Positions 49,305-57,379 of a DNA stretch of 64,000 nucleotides are shown here, in pieces (the stretch's first letter is position 1; every line of letters starts with the position of its first letter). The stretch covers positions 224,001 to 288,000 of IMG/VR virus record IMGVR_UViG_3300021431_000075. One strand, written 5' to 3'. Under the pieces are notes generated by a model, which saw only the letters and a list, made by a program, of their open reading frames with translations, did not search any database and had not been told where the DNA came from. Source of the stretch: a virus (taxonomy: Duplodnaviria > Caudoviricetes). Position numbers and translations under genes: made by a program.

Positions 49305-49484
49305 TTATTGGATGTTTTCTATGAACCACTTGGCAGCATCCTCGGCTTCCTTCCTTGTGCTCCACTTCTGGTTTCCGTGCTCGTCGACCACGTCGTCGTC
49401 GCCGACCTTCGCGTAGATGTGGAATCCGTCCTTCCATGAAATCAGGCGGATGTTCTGCTGCTGTTGCTGGTTCTTGTTGTCCAT
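49305..49484 (-). CDS. Small hypothetical protein (59 aa, not in ORF track)
   Basis: Manual translation MDNKNQQQQQNIRLISWKDGFHIYAKVGDDDVVDEHGNQKWSTRKEAEDAAKWFIENIQ with genome-typical codon usage. Confidence 0.55.
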   Translation of the reverse strand: MDNKNQQQQQNIRLISWKDGFHIYAKVGDDDVVDEHGNQKWSTRKEAEDAAKWFIENIQ

Positions 49485-49566
49485 GAACTGATGATTTGGT
49501 TAAAACAGAGAGCGGCTCCATGACAGAATGTCATAAACAGTCCGTAATGAAAACCGCTTTATCCTG

Positions 49567-49776
49567 TCATACACGGTCGCTTGCGATGAGCGTCACTTGG
49601 TTTCCATATCCCGGCTTCACATATAGATAGCTGTCGTGCTCAGCCAAGACTTCGATCCCGTTGAAATTGTCTTCCGTGAGACGGAACTCCTTGCCGGTCT
49701 TGTCCGAGACCTTGAGCACTTTCGCGTCCTCTATCACGGTCTCGTTGCCGTTCTTGTCCCTTATCTTTATTTTCAT
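49567..49776 (-). CDS. Hypothetical protein
   Basis: 69-aa ORF. Confidence 0.55.
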   Translation of the reverse strand: MKIKIRDKNGNETVIEDAKVLKVSDKTGKEFRLTEDNFNGIEVLAEHDSYLYVKPGYGNQVTLIASDRV

Positions 49777-49799
49777 TTTATTGTTGTTTTAATGGTGAG

Positions 49800-50096
49800 T
49801 CACTTGATGTCTATATTCACATAGCTTTTTCTCTCAGGGTAGCCGGTCTCGATGTCGCATGGCCTGTAGCAAACCGTGATTTCGTTTCCGCAGTTCATGC
49901 ACCTGTACGTGTGGTACTCCTTGGTTCCGTGAACCTCGATGCGGGTGCAGTACATACCTCCGCCGCACCGGCACTCCTGCTCGTACAGTACGCTGTCCGA
50001 TTCGCCGACCTTCTTGGTTTCCCTGACAAGGGAGTAGATAGAATATGCCCCGCTTGACACGAGAATGAACAGGCAGATGATTCCGAACGTATTCAT
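49800..50096 (-). CDS. Membrane-anchored zinc-ribbon protein
   Basis: TM helix, then CRCGG...CMNCG. Confidence 0.55.
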   Translation of the reverse strand: MNTFGIICLFILVSSGAYSIYSLVRETKKVGESDSVLYEQECRCGGGMYCTRIEVHGTKEYHTYRCMNCGNEITVCYRPCDIETGYPERKSYVNIDIK

Positions 50097-50374
50097 GGTC
50101 TTTGCATTTTAGAATAGAAGATTGATAAAATCCACAACAATCTCGATGAGCCAGAGGATGAACATGACTGCGAGGTAGCCCGCGAAACCGCAAGCGATGA
50201 TTACAAGGATAGAAGTTAACATAGTCTTGAATTATTAAGAGATTTGACATTTGATTTTTTGTACCGCAAAGATATAGAGTCCGTTCGAACCGTGCAAATA
50301 TTCAGGCGACTTTCTTTCTTATTTTAACACAGTTTAACGAACGGACTCTCAATCCGGCAACTTGTTAGGATTCG

Positions 50375-51721
50375 TTAGGCGAAATCCTTCAGAACTTCCG
50401 GGCTTGCTGACCTGATTTCATCCAGCAGTTCCTTCCTGCTTGCGAGAGGGTTCCTGTACGCGATGCCAAGGGCGTACCTGAGCCACTGTCCGACTTCCGG
50501 GCATCTTCCGATGCTCCTGACTTCCATGACATCGTCTCCGCTCACCGGGAGCCTGTACCCGAACATGGATGTCCCGTTCCTGAAATCTTCATCGCATTCC
50601 CTGATGATTTCGCTGACAGCCAGCTCGTCCGGCAATATGTTCCTTGTCGTTGCAAGAGCGACCTCGCACAACGCGAGCCACAGTTCCCTGCCGAGCCGGA
50701 ACTGCATTCTGTGCAGGGACGCGCTGTCCGTGATGAGCATGAAGTCCGGATATGCATCCATCAGCCGCGCGACCATGTCCATCGTGAACTTCGGAAACTT
50801 CAGATTGTCAAGGACGCGCCTCGCGTTCTCCGGACTCGTGCGGCCGGTGAACAATGTCGCAAGAGCCACGTGTTCCGGAACGGAACTGTTGCTGTTCTCG
50901 TCAAACACCTCGTATCTTTCTGCAAGGACCTGCTGCTCCTTGATGATGTCATCCCACTGCCCGTCCTGTATGTCAAGTCCCCTGAACACGTACGGAAAGA
51001 CCCCGTACTCGTTGAGCATCTTCAATGCGGTCGCGAAGTCGATTCTTATCATCTTGCACAGTTCGTCATGGACGCGCTCCCTCGACACGATGTCCAGTCG
51101 GAACGCGTTCTTCCTCATTCCGTCTGCTGTCTCCTTCGATATGGTCCAGTGTCCGGCATCCGGAATCCTGTTCAGCCTGCAGAAGAACCTTATGCACCTG
51201 AGGATTCTCAACGGGTCGTCGTCATATACGATATCCGCGTCGGAAGGAGTCCTGAGAATGCACATTCTGCTGTCCGGAATCCCGAGACCGGACGGATCGT
51301 GGACGGAGCCGTCGGATACCGAGTAGTACAGGGCGTTGATGGTCAGGTCCCTCCTCATGCAGTCATCCTCTATGGTTCCGAACGACGTGGACGGCTTCCT
51401 TGACGTCCTGTCATACTTCTCCTTTCTTGTCTGCACGCTCTCGATCTCGATTTCCGGATGCGACGAGAGCCTGAACATCGCTGTTCCGTATGCCGGATAC
51501 GTGACCACGCTCATCGCAAGCAGCCCGTTGTTCTCAAGCCACTCAGCAAAGCGGATTCCGCCGTCGTTGAGATTGACCACCAAGTCGATGTCCTTGATTT
51601 CCTGCTCCATCATCAGGTCCCTTACAGCCCCGCCCACGCAGAATACATGGTTCTCAAACTCTGTTCCGCTGATGATGTCCCTAATCCGGTTCATCAGATT
51701 GTAAAATTGATACTCGTTCAT
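50375..51721 (-). CDS. cca: tRNA nucleotidyltransferase (CCA-adding enzyme)/poly(A) polymerase family
   Basis: VGGAVRD, KDIDL, DDCMRRDLTINA, DDPLRILR, VSRERVHDEL. Confidence 0.9.
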   Translation of the reverse strand: MNEYQFYNLMNRIRDIISGTEFENHVFCVGGAVRDLMMEQEIKDIDLVVNLNDGGIRFAEWLENNGLLAMSVVTYPAYGTAMFRLSSHPEIEIESVQTRKEKYDRTSRKPSTSFGTIEDDCMRRDLTINALYYSVSDGSVHDPSGLGIPDSRMCILRTPSDADIVYDDDPLRILRCIRFFCRLNRIPDAGHWTISKETADGMRKNAFRLDIVSRERVHDELCKMIRIDFATALKMLNEYGVFPYVFRGLDIQDGQWDDIIKEQQVLAERYEVFDENSNSSVPEHVALATLFTGRTSPENARRVLDNLKFPKFTMDMVARLMDAYPDFMLITDSASLHRMQFRLGRELWLALCEVALATTRNILPDELAVSEIIRECDEDFRNGTSMFGYRLPVSGDDVMEVRSIGRCPEVGQWLRYALGIAYRNPLASRKELLDEIRSASPEVLKDFA

Positions 51722-51881
51722 TGTAAGTCTATGTTTGGTTGATTGTGCAAATATAGGAATTATTTCTCAACGGCAGTTGCAACTTGCTGTGTTTTAACAG
51801 TATTTAACTAAAAACGGAACGCAAACCGACAAGATGTTGCGTTCCGCTGATTAGTTATCTGGATAAGATGGGGTTGCAGTT

Positions 51882-52496
51882 CTACTTCTTGAACAAATCC
51901 TTATAAAGACTTACGATAGGACACTGCGGCGCGAAGTTTCTCTCGGCGCTGTCTATCTTGGAGTCGTCGCTGTGAGTCCACGGGTCGTTCGGATAGAACA
52001 GAATCTGCAGTATCGTCCGGCACCAGTACCTCCAACTGTAGAAGTACGTGTAGATGAGTTCCTCATCGTTTTCCTTACCTGTTTCGCAGTATGAGAGCCT
52101 GTCAGCCATGATGTACTTGTAATTGTCGCTGAACGACAGCCATACCACGTCGTTCAATGTCGTGGATTCCGGCTCTATGTCTCCCTGGACCATTCCGGCG
52201 ACCGGGAACTGGTAGCCTGCCTTGCTCATGTCTATGGACAGTGCCAGCAGCGCGGAGAACGACCTTGCCTTCATGAGCCTTGACAAGAACGGGCGTCTCT
52301 TTTCCTCGAAGTACTCTTCCTGCTGTCTCCGGACGCGCTCCTTGTAACCGGACTCCTTTCCGAGCAGCGTGAGGAACCTTTCCTTGACGTTCTTCCTCGG
52401 AGCCTTGAACGTATCCTCGTCGAGCCTTTGCCTGACTTGTACAGACAAGTCCCTCATTATGGATTCGTATAGTTTGATTTTCTGTTGCTTGTTCAT
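51882..52496 (-). CDS. Hypothetical protein with LYES leader
   Basis: MNKQQKIKLYESIMRDLSVQVRQRLDE. ATAAATA at 52520-52526. Confidence 0.7.
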   Translation of the reverse strand: MNKQQKIKLYESIMRDLSVQVRQRLDEDTFKAPRKNVKERFLTLLGKESGYKERVRRQQEEYFEEKRRPFLSRLMKARSFSALLALSIDMSKAGYQFPVAGMVQGDIEPESTTLNDVVWLSFSDNYKYIMADRLSYCETGKENDEELIYTYFYSWRYWCRTILQILFYPNDPWTHSDDSKIDSAERNFAPQCPIVSLYKDLFKK

Positions 52497-52675
52497 TTCA
52501 CCTAATGGTTGTGTTTCCATATTTATTGAAAACGCAAGCGGGAGACTATCTGCACAGACCGCCTCCCGCGAAGTCATCCGCGGGAAATATACGAACCGCG
52601 GATGCTCTCACCTAATTAATTAACTAAAAATGTTGCCTCGCCGCAAAAAAAGCCCACCACGGCGAATAGCGACGC

Positions 52676-52972
52676 CTACGAGCGGATGCTGAACGCCTCC
52701 AGCAGTTCGTCGAACGCGTCTTCGGAAGAGAAGTTCCGGAAGTCGATGTCCGCGACCTCGGAAATCCTCTGCATCGTATCCTTCCGGTTCTGGATTCTCG
52801 CCTTGATGAACGAGTTCTTGTGCATCCAGTTTCCGGATGTCATCCTGTCAAGCGACGCGAGTTCGCTGTTGCTGTCCATAGCCTCTGCCGATAGGGCGTC
52901 AAGACATGCCAGCAATAGCGCGTCGCGCTGCTCGGATGTCAGATTCCTTATGTCTTCCTTTGATTCGATCAT
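52676..52972 (-). CDS. Hypothetical protein
   Basis: 98-aa ORF. Confidence 0.55.
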   Translation of the reverse strand: MIESKEDIRNLTSEQRDALLLACLDALSAEAMDSNSELASLDRMTSGNWMHKNSFIKARIQNRKDTMQRISEVADIDFRNFSSEDAFDELLEAFSIRS

Positions 52973-52992
52973 CGCATTGGTTTTTTTATTTG

Positions 52993-53430
52993 CTATTTGT
53001 GGTTCAATCGTTTCAGTCTATCAATTTCAGCACAAATCAATGCACCTGCCTTGATAAGATTTTTGATTCTTCCTTCTATAGTATCTTCACTTGATAGTTT
53101 GAGATCTTGCATATCCCATGGCCAAGAGTTCATTACTTGTTCTCTTTGACACTCTGGGCACACATATACCATTGCAGATTTGGATAGTTGTCCTTCTGCT
53201 TCTCCATCATCGTGAAACGAATCATAGCCCTCCTGATTGATTTGTCTTAATCTTTCATCCCACACAAGTTTCACTGATTCTGGTGCATTGCTTAGTACGA
53301 ACTTGCCGCCCTTTATGAATGCCTCATACTCATCATGCTTACCAACCCATCTTGTATGACCATATCTATCCTCTTCTTCTTCGAATGGATAACGTACCTC
53401 TCCTTCTTGTTTAAGTTGTTCTTCATTCAT
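52993..53430 (-). CDS. Conserved phage hypothetical protein
   Basis: ERLRQINQEG...HDD...WPW...LIKAGALICAEIDRL, a widespread phage motif set. Confidence 0.7.
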   Translation of the reverse strand: MNEEQLKQEGEVRYPFEEEEDRYGHTRWVGKHDEYEAFIKGGKFVLSNAPESVKLVWDERLRQINQEGYDSFHDDGEAEGQLSKSAMVYVCPECQREQVMNSWPWDMQDLKLSSEDTIEGRIKNLIKAGALICAEIDRLKRLNHK

Positions 53431-53442
53431 ATCAAATTCCTC

Positions 53443-53721
53443 CTATCCAATAAATGCTCTTCTGAATTGTTTGTTTTGCCATTCATAAAAAGCAATGCTT
53501 TGTTCTTCTGGTGAAAGTTTTGGTTCTACAAGTATTGCTACTTGTTTGACCTTGGTTTGAGGACACGAATCTAATGAAACCATTGTAATTGATAATTGTT
53601 CTTTTGTAGAATCAAATGATTTACCGCATACAACTTGGCAATCTTGTCCTGCTATGTCTCTTAATTCAGTCAAACGCTGAATAAGTCCATCAAGACTTAT
53701 TAATTCATTCTTTGTATCCAT
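53443..53721 (-). CDS. Hypothetical protein (AT-rich)
   Basis: 92-aa ORF. Confidence 0.5.
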   Translation of the reverse strand: MDTKNELISLDGLIQRLTELRDIAGQDCQVVCGKSFDSTKEQLSITMVSLDSCPQTKVKQVAILVEPKLSPEEQSIAFYEWQNKQFRRAFIG

Positions 53722-53723
53722 AA

Positions 53724-53963
53724 TTAATCAATTTTATTGTTCATTACTAATTTCCAACTCACATAATGGGTCATGATTTTGTCATAAGGATTGCCATCAT
53801 ATTTGAATATTGTAACATTTTTAAACCCGTCTCTAATTCTGTCTTTGGCTATAAGTTTTGCAAATTCGTAAGTGCTCATATAACCATTACATTCAGCCCA
53901 CGCACCCAATGGTTCTGATATGTCGTGACTTCTTCTGTTAAATGCAACAAAATAATGATACAT
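53724..53963 (-). CDS. Hypothetical protein (AT-rich)
   Basis: 79-aa ORF. Confidence 0.5.
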   Translation of the reverse strand: MYHYFVAFNRRSHDISEPLGAWAECNGYMSTYEFAKLIAKDRIRDGFKNVTIFKYDGNPYDKIMTHYVSWKLVMNNKID

Positions 53964-54007
53964 AATTACGCTGCTGTAGCCAACAAATATATCATTGCCT
54001 TGGCGTT

Positions 54008-54535
54008 TTAGTTTCCTTTTTCATAGACGAGAATGACATTCTTCGGTTCCATAATCTCGCAGTCATTATCCTCGTTGTCGTTCCCTGTATATATCATGGA
54101 ATCTCCGCAGAACAGGAAGTTCATCAGCATCACCTCGTCGTTCCTGATTCGTGACAGGAAAGGCTTTAACCTATCGCTGTGGTCGATTGAGCCTGTTTCA
54201 AGCCAAGTTCCATATCTTGCCATCCTCGGGGTCTCGAATTCGCACTCGATGTTCCACTTCGCAAGAGTGCTCCTTATGTACTCGACGAAGTCCTGTATAA
54301 TCGCCTTGTTCTCCTCGTTTTGTTCCCAGTACACGTTATAGATTCCGGTGTACAGGTAGGAAGCCTTGCTGTGAGTATCGTCGTACACGTCGAACTCCCA
54401 GCCGAACTCGCCGAACGTGAAATCAACCTTGCTCGGAAGATGGTTCATGAAATCGTCCGAGTTGTTTCCTATCACCAGCGTGTGGACGGAACTGCTGTTC
54501 GTCTCGAACACGCCCTTTCTAATAGTCATTGCCAT
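54008..54535 (-). CDS. Conserved phage protein (IR.GVFETNSSS family), radical-SAM partner
   Basis: N-terminal IRKGVFETNSSSVHTL and IDH motif. Overlaps the radical SAM gene. Confidence 0.7.
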   Translation of the reverse strand: MAMTIRKGVFETNSSSVHTLVIGNNSDDFMNHLPSKVDFTFGEFGWEFDVYDDTHSKASYLYTGIYNVYWEQNEENKAIIQDFVEYIRSTLAKWNIECEFETPRMARYGTWLETGSIDHSDRLKPFLSRIRNDEVMLMNFLFCGDSMIYTGNDNEDNDCEIMEPKNVILVYEKGN

Positions 54536-55449
54536 AGTCTTATCCTTTTGTTTTTTCTGTAGTGCTTAAGTCTCTGTATGACCTTGAACATCTCGTCTAT
54601 GCTCCGGTCCCTGATATCGAACCTGCGGCTCGCTATGCTGTTCCGGGCGAACTTTCCGTTCACCAAGTCGATGTAGAACGTGAAGTCGCCGTCGTCTCCC
54701 ATGTACAGCCGGTTCCATTCGTCATCGCTGACGATGTCCCTTATCCTGAGCTGCTCAAGCGCGAGGTTGTCGAAGCATATGCACCTGAACTGCCCGAGCA
54801 TTTCCGGAATCATCCCGCGCAGAGCCAGACTGTTTCTCTCGATGTTCTCTTTATTGATGCCGGCGAACCGCTCTCCGCGACCGGTCTCCTTGAACCCGAG
54901 GACCAGCAGGCTGATGCCGTATCCTGACAGCTTCCCTATGTCATCCGGGGTGACGATGCCGTTGATGACATGCATGACACCGCTCCGCACGGAGAGGAAC
55001 CGGTCGATGAAGTCTTGGTCGAACTTATTGAACGAGACTCCGACTCCGTGGATGAGACCTGCCGACCTGTAGTCCGAAATAGCAATGAAGTTGTCCATGA
55101 ACTGCTGCTGGCTGACAGTGATGTTGCAAATCACCTTCTGCGCTGCAAGCCTTGCCAAGAACGTGTCGAGCTGGGGATGGTCCAAGTCGTTGCCGTTGAT
55201 TGCCATCTCCGTATACGGATGAAGATGGTCGATGAACCGGAACGAGTCCAAGTCCGCGTGCCTGCCGTCCGGTCTGCAGTCCTCGTAGCAGAACGGACAT
55301 CCGACGGAGCATCTCTCGGTTATCTTCACATCGACGTTCTCCGCGAACGCAGCCGCCGGGCTGTCGCATGACCACTGCCGAATCTTGGTCCCGTCATCCG
55401 GGCTTATCGCGACTTCGTAGTCGCCGTTCTTATAGAATACCATGTCCAT
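54526..55449 (-). CDS. Radical SAM protein
   Basis: CSVGCPFC CxxxCxxC motif. Confidence 0.9.
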   Translation of the reverse strand: MDMVFYKNGDYEVAISPDDGTKIRQWSCDSPAAAFAENVDVKITERCSVGCPFCYEDCRPDGRHADLDSFRFIDHLHPYTEMAINGNDLDHPQLDTFLARLAAQKVICNITVSQQQFMDNFIAISDYRSAGLIHGVGVSFNKFDQDFIDRFLSVRSGVMHVINGIVTPDDIGKLSGYGISLLVLGFKETGRGERFAGINKENIERNSLALRGMIPEMLGQFRCICFDNLALEQLRIRDIVSDDEWNRLYMGDDGDFTFYIDLVNGKFARNSIASRRFDIRDRSIDEMFKVIQRLKHYRKNKRIRLWQ

Positions 55450-55463
55450 TCAGTGAAAGCGGA

Positions 55464-55739
55464 TTAGATGTTGCAGAACCAGTACGCCCCGAAAACCGTG
55501 CATACGATGACCACGATGTCGAACACGAGGCTTTTCCGCAGTTCGCTCATCGGATCCGAACTCGGTGCGAAATCGTTGATTAGCTTGCAGAACTCCATGA
55601 CCTGCTCCTTCTCATCGGCAGGAGCCGAAGTTATCTTCCACATATGCCTTATGTGCTTGCATGCTTGGAATCCGAACACGCAGACGACAGACACTGCGGC
55701 AATTACCACACAGATTGAAATAAAGTCGTTATAATTCAT
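55464..55739 (-). CDS. Small two-TM membrane protein
   Basis: Two hydrophobic segments. TATATTTG promoter at 55762-55769. Confidence 0.55.
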   Translation of the reverse strand: MNYNDFISICVVIAAVSVVCVFGFQACKHIRHMWKITSAPADEKEQVMEFCKLINDFAPSSDPMSELRKSLVFDIVVIVCTVFGAYWFCNI

Positions 55740-55850
55740 AAATCAGATGTTTTTGGGTTTGCAAATATAGATGTTTTGAACCGGTCTGGCAAGAGTTTCT
55801 TGGAAAAATCTTCAGTTTGTAACATTCTTTAACAATTTCTTGTCATAACT

Positions 55851-56261
55851 GGAAAAACAAAAGCAACTGATTCTCTCGAACCAGTTGCTTTTGTTGTTTA
55901 GCATAGTGTTTTACGTCAGAGGATTTCACTAAACATAAAATTCCATACTAATGTGACGCTCCCAGTCCTAAAGGACATGGGCTTCGCGGTTCAACCTTCG
56001 ATGGTCTCGACAAAGAACATTGCATTCCATGAAGCCTTCACCAAAGTCCCCGCGCGTGAATTCGGACTCGTCCGGTCCTACTGCATAGAGAATTAAAAAC
56101 TCTCTATATTATATATCCGATTCACATAACGAACTTAAAAGTTTGCATCTTTCTTGGATAACATTTGGAAAACAAAGCAACTGATTCTCTCGAACCAGTT
56201 GTCTTTGTTGTTTAGCATAGTGTCTCACGCCAGAGAATCTCACTAAACCTAATATTCCATA
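55851..56261. repeat. Duplicated ~95-nt structured module with terminator hairpin (55851-55947 and 56167-56261)
   Basis: Near-identical GCAACTGATTCTCTCGAACCAGTTG hairpin plus a GTTTAGCATAGTG...CACTAAAC stem in both copies. Confidence 0.8.
55953..56107 (-). mobile_element. IS200/IS605-type right-end/omega-RNA-like remnant without tnpA/tnpB
   Basis: Minus strand reads GTAGGACCGGACGAGTCCGAATTCACGCGCGGGGA...TTGAACCGCGAAGCCCATGTCCTTTAGGACTGGGAGCGTCAC, with the subterminal hairpin and TCAC end typical of TnpB-associated right ends. Confidence 0.6.
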
Positions 56262-56334
56262 ATGTAATAACACCTAAATAGGATAATTTGGGGGAAAATA
56301 ATCTAAGCTATTAATTTAAAAATTGAAAAACATC

Positions 56335-56755
56335 GCTTGAAAATAGACCCGACCGCGCTGGAACCTGCGAGCCTGTGTTTGACGACTGGGGCTACGCGCA
56401 GTCATCCAGAAGCGGTCGTTATTGGTCTAATGTTCGGAGTTTCCTGATATGGATTCTCCGGGAGGGAGTGTAATAGAGAAAACCGGCGGTGTGTATTTAG
56501 ATGACGGGCATCTATCTTTCCTGATTATGTTAAAATAGGAACACAGGCGGTCTTGCTGGTGCAGGTTGTCTATCAAGAATCCAAAAAAAGACTGAATGAG
56601 TCATTGGAGTTGGGGGGTTGGACTACGCATGATGCTGAACTATGAATCTCAACGCGTTCACAGCCTGAGTCTTGTTCTGCTTGATGTCATGCAAGACAGA
56701 CACTCGATGCCCGAAGCCCAGCACCTGCTCACCGCTCTCTATGCCGGTTTTGTGA
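56335..56755 (-). ncRNA. Candidate large structured non-coding RNA of unknown class
   Basis: Promoter TATCTTTG 56765-56758 with TTTG 19 nt upstream. The 5' end pairs long-range (56743-56751 with 56479-56487). Many nested stems and a C(UUCG)G loop. No credible ORF. Confidence 0.6.
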
Positions 56756-56953
56756 TGCAAAGATATGCATTATCTTCGGAACTGCAAAATATTTTCATAA
56801 CTTTTTTCAAAAAATTTTCATTTCGGTTCCGCATATGCATATAATGCATATGATTTTTTCATATTTCCGGAGTCTTGTTCAAACCATTTGGTTGTCCAAG
56901 ATAAATATCTCACGCGTAGTCACAATACGCGGACCAAATTAAAACTCAGAGCT

Positions 56954-57298
56954 ATGATTGAATCATTAGTAGCAACTTATTTCGCGACCATCGGCGGCGT
57001 CGCTGCCCTCAACGTCATCGTCACAGAGTTCATCAACAACGCTGTCGGCGCAAAGGGATGGGTCAAGCAGGTCATCTCGTGGGCTTGTCCGCTTCTCATC
57101 TCCGTTATCGGTCTCGTGTTCGGATGGGGCATCTTCGCAGGCTATGGAACCGTCGGATCGTTCACCGCATGGATCTACACAATCCTCACTGGTCTCGGAA
57201 CCGGTCTCGTTTCCAACGGTCTCTATGACATCAAGTATGTCCAGAACGCAATCGCGTTCATCAAAGAGCTGTTCACCCAGACCCATATCAACAAGTAG
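56954..57298 (+). CDS. Holin-like membrane protein
   Basis: Three TM segments and GLGTGLVSNGLYDI motif. ATAAATA at 56901-56907. Confidence 0.65.
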   Translation: MIESLVATYFATIGGVAALNVIVTEFINNAVGAKGWVKQVISWACPLLISVIGLVFGWGIFAGYGTVGSFTAWIYTILTGLGTGLVSNGLYDIKYVQNAIAFIKELFTQTHINK

Positions 57299-57320
57299 GT
57301 TCCATACCATACGGAATAGC

Positions 57321-57356
57321 AAAGGCGCCGAGCTCTCATGAAGTCCGGCGCCTTTT
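57321..57356. terminator. Bidirectional intrinsic terminator
   Basis: AAAGGCGCCG...CGGCGCCTTTT between convergent genes. Confidence 0.8.
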
Positions 57357-57379
57357 CCGTATCTTTTCTGTCCACTGCT

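Noticed and set aside
49255-49521. Track ORF 49255..49521
   Set aside because: An overlapping frame (49305..49484) has better codon usage and no overlap with the next gene.
55895-55947. c-di-GMP-I riboswitch or hammerhead in the duplicated module
   Set aside because: Only a GACGTAAAAC-like fragment is present. Required core motifs are absent and no downstream gene would be regulated.
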